Source: Azospirillum sp. 51_20 | GTDB taxonomy: Bacteria; Verrucomicrobiota; Kiritimatiellia; RFP12; UBA1067 | Reading direction: 5' to 3' | Length of the DNA stretch: 55,386 bases | Assembly: GCA_963600185.1 (NCBI GenBank) | Contig: CAVCAF010000001.1 | Span: 1-55,386 of the forward strand | Shown: positions 45,215-54,959 of the stretch, one piece after another | Layout of the letters: every line of letters begins with the position of its first letter | How positions within the stretch are numbered: the first letter of the stretch is position 1 | Position numbers and translations under genes: made by a program | Notes under the pieces: model-generated | What the model was told of the DNA's origin: nothing | What the model saw: only the letters and a program-made list of their open reading frames with translations | Databases searched by the model: none

Positions 45215-46717
45215 ATGGCACATAACGGACATCATTTCCCTCGGGCGCGCTGGTCAGGGCAGCTCGCTTTCGTTCTCGCGGCAGCCGCCTCGGCAATTGG
45301 GCTCGGTAACCTCTGGCGTTTCCCCTATCTCGCGGCACAATATGGCGGCGGCACCTTCATCGTTATTTACCTTATCCTTACGATGACCCTCGGCTTTACC
45401 CTCATGGTAACCGAAATCTCGATTGGACGCATGACCGCCCAAAGTCCCTTAACCGCCTATGGGCGCATTCATCATCGCTGGGGCTTCCTCGGGTATTTAG
45501 CTGTCATTATCCCCGCTTTGATTTGTCCGTATTACTGCGTTATTACGGGGTGGGTCGTTAAATACTTCATTACCTATGTCAAAATGGCGATTACGGGCGT
45601 TAATGTCATGGGTGAGCAGGCGATTAACTCAGGGACATTCTTTACCACCTTCATTAGCTCTACGGATCCTCTTTGGTATGGCGCTTTCGTGATTATTGCT
45701 TGCTCGGGGGTCATCCTCCTCGGCGTTAAGAACGGAATCGAGAAGTCCAACCTCGTTATGATGCCGCTCCTCTTTATTTCGGCTATCGCGATTTGCATTT
45801 ATGTCGCGTGCTTGCCGGGTTCGGGCGCGGGTCTCGCCTACTATTTCGTCCCGAATATGGACTGCCTTACGGACTCCGCGGGCAACTTCTCCTTCGCGCT
45901 TCTCGGCAAAACTATTCTTGGTGCGATGGGGCAGATGTTTTATTCGTTGTCGCTCGCCATGGGCATTATGATTACCTACGGCTCTTACATGAAGAAGCAG
46001 GATAATATCGAGCGCTCGGTTCGCAACATTGAAGTCGCGGATACCTTCGTCGCCATTATCGCGGGCTTCATGATTATTCCTGTCGTTTATATGTTCGCGG
46101 TAAAAACGGGTGTCACGCCAGAACTCGTTGCCCAGCATGGGGGCAATGTAGAACTCGCGACAAAAGCCGCGGTTAAGTCGGCTATGAATCAGGGTCCTGG
46201 TCTTATGTTCGTCACCCTCCCGAAGGTTTTCGCCTCAATTGGTGCGAGTGGGGCATGGCTCGGCGCGACATTCTTCCTCCTCGTGATTTTTGCCGCGGCG
46301 ACTTCCGCCATTTCGCTCTTGGAAGCGTGCACCTCCTCTTTCTGCGACCTCTTCCACTTGCACCGCACCCAATCGGGGTTGCTCGTTATGGTGGGGACGC
46401 TCGTTTTGAGTGTGTTTTCCGCGCTAAGCTACGGAGTCTTCGAGAATGTGAAGATTATGGACTATCCCTTCCTCGACTTCTTTGACTTTATTACGAACTC
46501 CGTCCTTATGCCGATTGTCGCGGTTTTGACCTGCCTCTTCATTGGCTGGGCTATGTCGCCGCGTCTCGTTATTGACCAATGTGAACGCACGGGACATGCC
46601 TTCGGGGCTAAGAAGTTTTATGCGCTTATGGTGCGCTACTTCGCGCCACTTTTGCTTATCGCGATCCTTATTTCTGAGGTTTGCCGCGCCCTCCACTTGA
46701 AGGGCTGGACCATTTAA
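45215..46717 (+). CDS. sodium-dependent transporter (NSS/SNF family)
   Basis: GLGNLWRFPYLAAQYGGG is the signature, and there are about 11-12 TM segments. Confidence 0.9.
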   Translation: MAHNGHHFPRARWSGQLAFVLAAAASAIGLGNLWRFPYLAAQYGGGTFIVIYLILTMTLGFTLMVTEISIGRMTAQSPLTAYGRIHHRWGFLGYLAVIIPALICPYYCVITGWVVKYFITYVKMAITGVNVMGEQAINSGTFFTTFISSTDPLWYGAFVIIACSGVILLGVKNGIEKSNLVMMPLLFISAIAICIYVACLPGSGAGLAYYFVPNMDCLTDSAGNFSFALLGKTILGAMGQMFYSLSLAMGIMITYGSYMKKQDNIERSVRNIEVADTFVAIIAGFMIIPVVYMFAVKTGVTPELVAQHGGNVELATKAAVKSAMNQGPGLMFVTLPKVFASIGASGAWLGATFFLLVIFAAATSAISLLEACTSSFCDLFHLHRTQSGLLVMVGTLVLSVFSALSYGVFENVKIMDYPFLDFFDFITNSVLMPIVAVLTCLFIGWAMSPRLVIDQCERTGHAFGAKKFYALMVRYFAPLLLIAILISEVCRALHLKGWTI

Positions 46718-46760
46718 TATTCAATGATTTACTTCCTTATTAAAGTAGAAAGGTAGAAAA

Positions 46761-48056
46761 ATGAAACAAATTGGAGTTGGTATTCTCGGTTTCGGTACGG
46801 TTGGTGCCGGCGTTGCCGATGGACTTCTCAAGCACCGCGCCGTTATGGCTGAGCGGCTCGATGTGGATATCGTCCTTAAGAAAATTGCCGACCTCGATAT
46901 TACAACCGACCGCGGCATTTCCGTCCCGAAGGAAGTCCTAACGACGGACGCTTTCGCGGTGACCGCCGATCCCGAGGTGCAAATCGTTGTCGAGACGATT
47001 GGCGGTACGGGGATTGCTAAGACCCTCGTCCTAAAGGCACTCGAGAATAAGAAGTGCGTCGTAACGGCGAACAAGAAACTCCTCGCGGAATACGGACGCG
47101 AAATCTTCGATACAGCCGCCGCGAATGGGGTGGATATCTACTTTGGTGCCTCGGTTGGTGGCGGTATTCCCATTATCCGCGTCCTTCGTGAGGGTCTCGC
47201 GGGCAACGACATTGAGTCCATTGATGGTATCTTGAATGGAACTTGCAACTACATTCTTACACGGATGGAAAACGAGGGCTTGCCATTTGATGTCGTCCTT
47301 AAAGACGCGCAAAAGCTTGGCTATGCCGAGGCGAATCCATCCCTTGATATTGACGGATTTGATACGGCACATAAAGCCTGCATTCTCGCGGCACTCGCGT
47401 ATGGCTTCCAACCCCGCCTTGACGAGGTTTCGGTTGAGGGCATCCGTACTCTCCAAGGTGAGGATGTTGCGTATGCCGCGGCGTTTGGCTATCGCATTAA
47501 GCTTTTGGCGCGTGTGGCGAAGTCGGGCAATGAAATTGAGGTGGGTGTCGCGCCAACCCTCGTCCCGATGACGCATATGCTCGCGTCGGTTAATGATGCC
47601 TTTAATGCCGCGTGGGTTAAGGGCGACATGAGCGATTACACGATGTATTACGGACGCGGCGCGGGGCGTGCTCCGACGGCTTCCACCGTTGTCGGTGACA
47701 TTGGCGACATAGCCCGCAACCTCGCCCATGGCGAAACGCGCTATTCGCGTGCGGTAAAGACTTATGGCGAAGGGACGCTCAAGTTGCGCCCCGCGGGCGA
47801 GATTTCGTCGCGCTTCTACTTGCGCTTTGCCGTCGTAGATAAGGCGGGTGCATTTGGTGAAATTGCGACGATTCTTGGGCGGCACGGTGTCTCGATATCT
47901 GCCGCGTCCCAGAAGGATGAGAAGGGCATGCATGGTTTTGTGCCTGTCGTCGTCCTCACCCATGAGGCGAAAGCTGCCGAACTCGATGCGGCACTTGAAG
48001 AAATCAAGGCTTCGCGCGTCGTCGGCGACGACCCCGTCAAGCTTCGCATGATTTGA
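46761..48056 (+). CDS. hom: homoserine dehydrogenase
   Basis: GFGTVG is the NAD motif. A NAD_binding_3/Homoserine_dh core (GILNGTCNYIL) and a C-terminal ACT domain are present. Confidence 0.9.
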   Translation: MKQIGVGILGFGTVGAGVADGLLKHRAVMAERLDVDIVLKKIADLDITTDRGISVPKEVLTTDAFAVTADPEVQIVVETIGGTGIAKTLVLKALENKKCVVTANKKLLAEYGREIFDTAAANGVDIYFGASVGGGIPIIRVLREGLAGNDIESIDGILNGTCNYILTRMENEGLPFDVVLKDAQKLGYAEANPSLDIDGFDTAHKACILAALAYGFQPRLDEVSVEGIRTLQGEDVAYAAAFGYRIKLLARVAKSGNEIEVGVAPTLVPMTHMLASVNDAFNAAWVKGDMSDYTMYYGRGAGRAPTASTVVGDIGDIARNLAHGETRYSRAVKTYGEGTLKLRPAGEISSRFYLRFAVVDKAGAFGEIATILGRHGVSISAASQKDEKGMHGFVPVVVLTHEAKAAELDAALEEIKASRVVGDDPVKLRMI

Positions 48057-48075
48057 TTAAAGGTAAGGTAAAACA

Positions 48076-49437
48076 ATGAAAGTCTGCAAATTCGGCGGCA
48101 GTTCCCTCGCGAACGCGTCGCAGTTGAATAAAGTCATTGATATAGTACTTGCCGATCCCTCGCGGCGTATTGTCGTCGTCTCGGCTCCCGGTAAGCGTCA
48201 TACGGGCGATACGAAGGTGACGGATCTTCTCATCACCCTCGCCAACACCGCGCTCGCGGGTGAGAATACCGACCGCCAATATGGGGCGGTGATTGAGCGC
48301 TATGCCGAAATGGCGCAGCAATTGCACCTCGGCGAGGAAATTATTACGACGATAGAAACCGACCTTCGTAAGCGTCTCGACCAAGTTAAGACCCTCAAGC
48401 CTGAAGAGTTTATGGATCTTCTCAAGGCCTCGGGCGAGGATAACAACGCGAAACTCATCGCTGTCGCTTTTAAGGCACGCGGCGCAAATGCGCGTTATGC
48501 TTCGCCGCGCGAGACAGGCATGGTGCTTACGGGCAACTTCGGCGATGCGACGCTTGACCCCGCGAGTTATGATACGCTTTCGCGGGCATTCTCCAACTTC
48601 GAGGGTATCGTTATTTATCCAGGCTTCTTTGGTTATACTAGAGACGGCAAAGTCGCGACTTTCCCGCGTGGGGGTAGCGATATTACGGGTTCTATCCTCG
48701 CCGCGGCAGTTTGCGCCGATGTCTACGAGAACTTTACGGATGTTGATTCCGTTTACCCCGTTGACCCGCGCATTGTCCCTGAAGTGACGGAAGGTATCCC
48801 TACGATGACTTATCGCGAAATGCGAGAACTTGCTTATGCGGGTTTCGGTGTCTTCGCGGATGAGGCGGTTATCCCTGCTGTTCGGGCGCGTATCCCAATT
48901 AATATCCGTAATACCAACCACCCCAATGAACCTGGCACCATGATTCAGCAATCGCGCCGCGTTACGCCCGGTACGATTGTCGGCATTGCTTCCCAGGACG
49001 ATTTCTGCAATATCACGGTTGAAAAGTACTTGATGAACCGTGAAGTTGGCTTTGGGCGTCGCCTCTTGCAAGTCCTTGAAGACGAAGGTATCTCTTACGA
49101 ACATATGCCCTCGGGCGTTGACTCGCAGTGTGTTGTCGTAAAGGGTAAGAACTTCCCGAAAGAAAAAGAGCATAAAGTCGTCCGCGCTATTCGCGAAGCA
49201 CTCAATCCCGACTTCGTAGCCGTTGAGCGCGGCATAACGATTGTCATGATTGTGGGCGAGGGCATGTGCTATACGCCAGGCATGTTCGCGAAGGCGTGTC
49301 TTGCGCTGGCTTCCGAGGGCATTTCGCTTTCGATGGTCAACCAAGGCGCGAGTGAAGTGAGCTTCATGATTGCTATTCGCGGACAAGATCGCGATAAAGC
49401 GGTGCGTGCTCTCTATCGTGCGTTCTTTGGTGCCTAA
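48076..49437 (+). CDS. lysC: aspartate kinase
   Basis: KFGGSSL is present with an amino-acid kinase fold, and C-terminal ACT domains are present. Confidence 0.9.
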   Translation: MKVCKFGGSSLANASQLNKVIDIVLADPSRRIVVVSAPGKRHTGDTKVTDLLITLANTALAGENTDRQYGAVIERYAEMAQQLHLGEEIITTIETDLRKRLDQVKTLKPEEFMDLLKASGEDNNAKLIAVAFKARGANARYASPRETGMVLTGNFGDATLDPASYDTLSRAFSNFEGIVIYPGFFGYTRDGKVATFPRGGSDITGSILAAAVCADVYENFTDVDSVYPVDPRIVPEVTEGIPTMTYREMRELAYAGFGVFADEAVIPAVRARIPINIRNTNHPNEPGTMIQQSRRVTPGTIVGIASQDDFCNITVEKYLMNREVGFGRRLLQVLEDEGISYEHMPSGVDSQCVVVKGKNFPKEKEHKVVRAIREALNPDFVAVERGITIVMIVGEGMCYTPGMFAKACLALASEGISLSMVNQGASEVSFMIAIRGQDRDKAVRALYRAFFGA

Positions 49438-49442
49438 GTGAA

Positions 49443-50546
49443 ATGCGGCTTCTGCAACTAGTCCCAGCCCTTGAACAAGGTGGCGTTGAACGCGGCGTTG
49501 TTGAGTTGAACCGTGCCTTCGTGGCGCGGGGCTGGGAAAATCATGTTGTTTCGGCGGGCGGACGCCTCACGGAACAAATTGCTGCGGATGGTGGCGTTGT
49601 TCATACGCTTAATATTAAGAGTAAGAATCCGCTGACCTATTTCTGGCGGACGCAGAAGTTGCGTGCACTTCTTAAGGCAGTAAAACCCGATGTCGTCTGC
49701 GCCCATTCGCGCGTCCCCGCGTGGCTCTTCGTCGCCGCTAATCGCGAATTGAATATCCCATGGATAAGTTTTGCCCATGGGGCGAACTCCATTTCGCGCT
49801 ATTCCCGCGTCATGACAATGGGCGACCTTGTGGTCACCCCGAGCCAATATGTCGCGGACTACCTTCAAAGTGCCTACGGTACGCCCAAGGAGAAAATCCG
49901 CGTCATTCCGCGCGCTATTGAGGCTTCTCGCTTTGACCCTTTGAAACTAGATGAGGCATTTGTTGAGGAAAAGCGCCGCGAATGGGATACGGACTCTTAC
50001 TATGTCGTTATGGCGCTTGGACGCATAACGCAACTTAAGGGCTATGACGTCCTTATTCGCGCCATGTCCCTCTTGCCAGATGACATGAAACTCATTATCG
50101 TCGGTGAAGCAGAAACTAGACGCCGCGGTGTAGAGGCGGAACTTAAGAAACTCGCGGCAGAACTTGAAGTTGATGCCCGCGTCATTTTCGCGGGCAACCA
50201 ATCTAAAGTCGCCGAATGTCTCAGCCTCGCGGATGTGGTGGTCTCTTCTAATGTAAAGAAGCCCGAGGCATTTGGACGCTCTATGGCGGAAGCACTCGCA
50301 ATGGATCGCCCCGTTGTTGCGCGTGCCTTCGGTGGGGCGCTCGATGTCGTTCGTAATGAGATGGACGGCATCTTGATTGAGGGCGATGACGCGACAAATT
50401 GGCCCTTCGCCTTCGCGAACGCCATAAAGCAAACACGGATTATGGACTTTGATGATCTTCGAACGGACGCGCTGGAGCGCTTCTCTTTTGAACGCATGGT
50501 CGCGAAGTCCATCGCCGTCTATGAAGAACTTGTGAAAGGAAAGTAA
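49443..50546 (+). CDS. GT-B fold glycosyltransferase (family 4)
   Basis: The N-terminus reads LVPALEQGGVER, and the C-terminal E(x7)E-like region reads PEAFGRSMAEALA. Confidence 0.75.
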   Translation: MRLLQLVPALEQGGVERGVVELNRAFVARGWENHVVSAGGRLTEQIAADGGVVHTLNIKSKNPLTYFWRTQKLRALLKAVKPDVVCAHSRVPAWLFVAANRELNIPWISFAHGANSISRYSRVMTMGDLVVTPSQYVADYLQSAYGTPKEKIRVIPRAIEASRFDPLKLDEAFVEEKRREWDTDSYYVVMALGRITQLKGYDVLIRAMSLLPDDMKLIIVGEAETRRRGVEAELKKLAAELEVDARVIFAGNQSKVAECLSLADVVVSSNVKKPEAFGRSMAEALAMDRPVVARAFGGALDVVRNEMDGILIEGDDATNWPFAFANAIKQTRIMDFDDLRTDALERFSFERMVAKSIAVYEELVKGK

Positions 50547-50547
50547 C

Positions 50548-51303
50548 ATGATTACAGTTGGTATTATCGGTTGCGGATTCGTTGGTAGCGCCCTCAAGGT
50601 TTGGCTTGAGGAAAATAATAAGGATGTCGCGATTCGCGTCAGCGATCCGCCTAAGGGCTACAATGACGATATGACGGGCATCGACATCGCCTTCGTCCAA
50701 ATTCATATGCCAACCGAGGATGACGGCACGCAGGATCTTACGCTCATGAAAGATATAATTCGTAAGCTCCCGAATGTGCCTGTTTTCGTGCGCACAACGA
50801 TTCTGCCTGGCACAAGCGATCTTCTATCGCGTGAGACAGGGCATCAAGTCTGCTATATGCCCGAGTTCTTGACTCAGCGCACCTATATTGATGACTTCAA
50901 ACATCAGACCATGGTCTTCACGGGTGCACTTGATTTGCTTACGAAGATCTTCAAGGGCAAGAAGTTTACAGTTATGTCGCCCCTTGAGGCTGAGATAACT
51001 AAGTACGCCCACAATGTTTTCGGTGCGTATAAGGTCACCTACTTCAACGCGGTTAAAGAGTATTGCGAGAAGATGGGCGCGGATTGGACGAATGTCCATA
51101 CGGGAGTTCTCCTCTCGGGCTACATCAATGAGACCCACACGAATGTACCAGGCCCTGACGGTAAATGTGGCTATGGCGGCAAGTGCTTCCCGAAAGATGT
51201 TAATGCCTTCGCGAAGTTGACGGAAGGCTTGCCGCTTGGTAAGCTACTCGCGCCACTCCACGAACTTAATGTCCATTTCAGGGGCTTTGAGGAACATATC
51301 TAA
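50548..51303 (+). CDS. short UDP-glucose/GDP-mannose dehydrogenase family protein (N-terminal and central domains only)
   Basis: GCGFVGSA is the NAD motif, PEFL is present, and GGKCFPKD carries the catalytic Cys. At 251 aa it lacks the C-terminal UDP-binding domain. Confidence 0.65.
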   Translation: MITVGIIGCGFVGSALKVWLEENNKDVAIRVSDPPKGYNDDMTGIDIAFVQIHMPTEDDGTQDLTLMKDIIRKLPNVPVFVRTTILPGTSDLLSRETGHQVCYMPEFLTQRTYIDDFKHQTMVFTGALDLLTKIFKGKKFTVMSPLEAEITKYAHNVFGAYKVTYFNAVKEYCEKMGADWTNVHTGVLLSGYINETHTNVPGPDGKCGYGGKCFPKDVNAFAKLTEGLPLGKLLAPLHELNVHFRGFEEHI

Positions 51304-51305
51304 CG

Positions 51306-52268
51306 ATGACGCGGCGCACAAAACAAGTTCTACGCGTTCTACGCCGTCCCTTTGAGTGGTTCGGTATAGGGCTTGGACTTGTTTTTCTGCCGATTCTGCC
51401 GCGGCGCGCTATGCTCGCGCTTTGCGACTTCGCCTCATCTATAATGTACGCGTTTGACGGGCGCGGCAAGCGCCTTGCGCTTGAGAATCTCCGCATTATC
51501 CGCGGCACTCCCGACCCGCAAGCCCCCATGACGCAGGCTGAGGAGCGCATTCTTCGCCGCAGTTATCGCAATATGTCCCGCTCGGTTGGCTACGCTTTTT
51601 GGACATGTGTTAAAGCGAAACGCCGCGCCGCGTCTTCTGGCGAGATGTCCTTAGAAGGCAAGCAATTCCTCGCGGCGAATAAACCCGCCGTCACGGTCTC
51701 GGGGCACCTCGGTTGCTGGGAGATTCTCTCCCAACTCGCGTTCCTCGAAGGGCACCCAATGATGTCCGTCGCTAAAGACATTGGTTCTCGCGGTATGACC
51801 CGACTCCTGATGAAAGCGCGTGAATCTATTGGGCAAACAATAGTCCGTGCCGAGGGCGCGTTTCGTCCGCTAATGGCTGGACTCCGCGCGGGTAAGTCCC
51901 TCGGGCTTCTTGTAGACCAAGTCGTAGACCCTAAAGACGGCGGCGTATGGGTGCGTTTCTTTGGTAAGCCGTTCCCTGCGAGTGCCGCGCCCGCATTTTT
52001 CGCCGCGAAGGGACATGCCCCCGTGGCTGTCGCCTGGTCGCGTCCCTTAAAAGATGGACGCTGGCGGTGCGATGTTATTAAGATTTATAAGCCTGAGGAT
52101 GCCCGCGACATTTGGGGTTTTACTCAGAATTGCCTCGCTGATCTTGAGCGTGTCATTCGTCGGCATCCTTCCTGCTGGGTATTGAATTATCGTTATTTTC
52201 GTAAGACTCCTACACCCGCGGAGCTTGCGCAACTTGAGACGCGCGAATTAAAACGCGCCGCGAAATAA
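51306..52268 (+). CDS. LpxL/HtrB-family lipid A (Kdo2-lipid IVA) acyltransferase-like protein
   Basis: There is an N-terminal TM helix. The GHLGCWE (H.....E) motif and VDQ are present. Confidence 0.7.
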   Translation: MTRRTKQVLRVLRRPFEWFGIGLGLVFLPILPRRAMLALCDFASSIMYAFDGRGKRLALENLRIIRGTPDPQAPMTQAEERILRRSYRNMSRSVGYAFWTCVKAKRRAASSGEMSLEGKQFLAANKPAVTVSGHLGCWEILSQLAFLEGHPMMSVAKDIGSRGMTRLLMKARESIGQTIVRAEGAFRPLMAGLRAGKSLGLLVDQVVDPKDGGVWVRFFGKPFPASAAPAFFAAKGHAPVAVAWSRPLKDGRWRCDVIKIYKPEDARDIWGFTQNCLADLERVIRRHPSCWVLNYRYFRKTPTPAELAQLETRELKRAAK

Positions 52269-52284
52269 GAAGAAAGTCGTTAGT

Positions 52285-54024
52285 ATGCCTACAACTTTTA
52301 AACTAAGTGATCCATTCGGCACAGCGCCGCTCTATCCGCCTTTTACCCAGAGCGTCTCGCGCGGTATGCCTTGGCACAACTTGCCCATTACGCGCGAATA
52401 TACAATCGGGCAACTCCTCGACCAGTCCATTGCCCGTTGTGGAGAGAATGATGCGCTTGTGTACCCCGACCGCAACTTTCGCTTAACTTGGTATGAGTTC
52501 GGAGAGGAAGTCGATCGCCTCGCGCGCGGACTTATGACGCTCGGGGTTAAGCGCGGCGAAAAGATTGCGCTCTGGGCGACAAATGTTCCGCATTGGGTAA
52601 TTCTTATGATGGCGGCGGCGAAAATCGGCGCGATTCTCCTGCCGCTTAACACGAATTATAAGAGCCACGAACTTGACTTCGCGCTGAAGCAGTCCGATAC
52701 CGAGAACCTCTTCATTATTGAAGGCTATCGCGATTGCAGTTATATAGATGTTGTTTACGGACTTCTCCCCGAGCTGAAGACTTGCCCCCGCGGCAGACTT
52801 CATGCTGAGAAGTATCCTCACCTAAAGCGCGTCATGTTCCTTGGCGGACGCAAGAATCGCGGCATGTATTCGCTGGACGAGATTAAAGACCTCGCCGAAG
52901 AAACGCCTTTTGAGGACTATCTCGCGCGGCAAGCGGAAGTAGATGTTAACGACATTGTTAATATGCAATACACGAGCGGCACGACGGGCTTCCCGAAAGG
53001 CGTACAGCTTACCCACCGCAATATCGCCAATGACGGATTCTGGATCGGCGCGTGCCAAAACTTTTCCGCACGCGACAAGGCGTGTATTCCTGTGCCGCTT
53101 TTCCATTGTTTTGGATGCGTGCTGGGCGTAATGAGTTGCATTAACCACGGTGTGACGATGGTCTTCACCGAGAAGTTTGACCCTGTGCAAGTTATGGAGT
53201 CCGTCGAGAAAGAGAAATGCACGGCGGTCTACGGCGTGCCGACAATGTACATAGCGATTCTGGATCATCCGCAATTTAGCAAGTACGACTTTTCCTCGCT
53301 TCGTACAGGCATTATGAGTGGCTCGGCGTGCCCTGTCCATCGTATGCAGCAGGTCTTTGACCGTATGTATATGAAGGAAGTGACGAACCCCTATGGGCTT
53401 ACCGAGTCGGGCCCCGTTATGACGATGACGCGGTATTTTGAGCCTTCAATTGAGCGTAAATGCGCGACGATTGGGCAGGCACTACCCGGCATTGAAGTCG
53501 CGATTATTGACCCTGAGACGAAAGAACTCGCGCCCGTTGGGACGGATGGCGAGATTTGTTGCCGCGGCTTTAATAACATGAAGGGCTACTACAATATGCC
53601 CGAGCAAACTGCCGCGTGCATTGACGCGAATGGATGGCTTCACTCGGGCGATATCGGACGCATGGATTCTGAAGGCTACTATTATATCACCGGTCGCCTA
53701 AAAGATATCATCATCCGCGGCGGCGAGAATATTAGCCCGAAGGAAGTTGAGGACTTTATCGCGACAATGCCTGGCATTAAGGATATCGCCGTCGTGGGGT
53801 GTCCCTCGAAAAAATATGGCGAACAACCCGCGGCATTCGTCATCCGTTCCGAAGGCTCAACGATTACGGCGGAGGATATCGCGGCGTTTTGCAAGGATAA
53901 GATCGCCTGGTTTAAAATCCCGAAATACTTCCACTTCTTGAACGAGTTCCCGATGACGGCTTCGCAGAAGATTCAGAAGTTTAAACTGCGCGACATGGCG
54001 CACGACCTCTGGCCCTATGCCTAA
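52285..54024 (+). CDS. AMP-dependent synthetase/ligase (acyl-CoA synthetase-like)
   Basis: YTSGTTGFPKGV is the AMP-binding motif, with GYGLTE-like YGLTES and GWLHSGD. Confidence 0.85.
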   Translation: MPTTFKLSDPFGTAPLYPPFTQSVSRGMPWHNLPITREYTIGQLLDQSIARCGENDALVYPDRNFRLTWYEFGEEVDRLARGLMTLGVKRGEKIALWATNVPHWVILMMAAAKIGAILLPLNTNYKSHELDFALKQSDTENLFIIEGYRDCSYIDVVYGLLPELKTCPRGRLHAEKYPHLKRVMFLGGRKNRGMYSLDEIKDLAEETPFEDYLARQAEVDVNDIVNMQYTSGTTGFPKGVQLTHRNIANDGFWIGACQNFSARDKACIPVPLFHCFGCVLGVMSCINHGVTMVFTEKFDPVQVMESVEKEKCTAVYGVPTMYIAILDHPQFSKYDFSSLRTGIMSGSACPVHRMQQVFDRMYMKEVTNPYGLTESGPVMTMTRYFEPSIERKCATIGQALPGIEVAIIDPETKELAPVGTDGEICCRGFNNMKGYYNMPEQTAACIDANGWLHSGDIGRMDSEGYYYITGRLKDIIIRGGENISPKEVEDFIATMPGIKDIAVVGCPSKKYGEQPAAFVIRSEGSTITAEDIAAFCKDKIAWFKIPKYFHFLNEFPMTASQKIQKFKLRDMAHDLWPYA

Positions 54025-54959
54025 TGGAGCGACCCCTTATGCGTAAAGCCAAGGGCTATGTCCTAATGAGTGGCGGACTCGATAGCCAACTCGCCGTGCG
54101 CGTACTTGAAAACGCGGGTGCGGAAGTTGAGGTGCTCACTTTTGAAACGCCATTCTTTTCTCCAGACGCTGCACGGCGCGCCGCCGCGGCACTTAATGTC
54201 AAGTTGACCGTCGTTGACTTTACAGAGGACGAGATTGCGCTTATTGAGAATCCGCCCCACGGCTTTGGCGGCGCGATGAACCCCTGCATTGATTGCCACG
54301 CGCGGATGATTCGCCGCGCGGGGGAACTTATGCGCCAAGCGGACTATGACTTTGTGGCGACGGGCGAGGTAATGGGGCAACGCCCGATGAGCCAAAACAA
54401 GCAGTCCCTCGGCATTGTCGCGCGTGATTCGGGCTTAGAAGGGCGACTCGTGCGCCCCTTAAGCGCGAAACTTCTAGAACCTTCTATCCCTGAGACGCAA
54501 GGACTCCTTGACCGCGACAAACTCCTCGACATTTCGGGGCGCTCGCGCGAACGCCAAATTGCACTCGCCGCGGCATTTGGCATTGTGAATTATCCCTCGC
54601 CCGCCGGTGGCTGTAAATTGACTGAGGAAGGCTTTTGCCGTAAACTCAAAGATCTCATGGAGCACGAGGGACTGCATACGCGGCGCTTATTAGAACTCCT
54701 GCGCGTAGGACGACATTATCGCTTGCCCGATGGCTCATCGCTTATCGTCGGACGTGATGCGCGTGAGAATGCGCTTTTAGAAGCGGAATCCGCCCGCGGC
54801 ACTTTGCTTGATTGTGGCGATTTGAAAGGCCCTACATCGCTTTTGCTAGAAGGGGGCAAGTCGGCGAATGATCGCGCACTCGCTCAACTTATCACGCTTT
54901 CGTATGCGAAGGGCAACGAAGCGGAACGCGTTAAATATAAAGGTTATCACATATGCTAG
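54024..54959 (+). CDS. PP-loop ATPase, ThiI-like tRNA sulfurtransferase domain protein (no THUMP)
   Basis: SGGLDS is the PP-loop, with CIDCHARM, VATGEVMGQRPMSQ and RPL. Confidence 0.65.
   Translation: MERPLMRKAKGYVLMSGGLDSQLAVRVLENAGAEVEVLTFETPFFSPDAARRAAAALNVKLTVVDFTEDEIALIENPPHGFGGAMNPCIDCHARMIRRAGELMRQADYDFVATGEVMGQRPMSQNKQSLGIVARDSGLEGRLVRPLSAKLLEPSIPETQGLLDRDKLLDISGRSRERQIALAAAFGIVNYPSPAGGCKLTEEGFCRKLKDLMEHEGLHTRRLLELLRVGRHYRLPDGSSLIVGRDARENALLEAESARGTLLDCGDLKGPTSLLLEGGKSANDRALAQLITLSYAKGNEAERVKYKGYHIC

Noticed and set aside
48037-49386. 449-aa ORF on the minus strand
   Set aside because: It is entirely antisense to the well-supported aspartate kinase gene. It has no recognisable motifs and an Arg-rich composition typical of shadow ORFs in GC-biased coding DNA.
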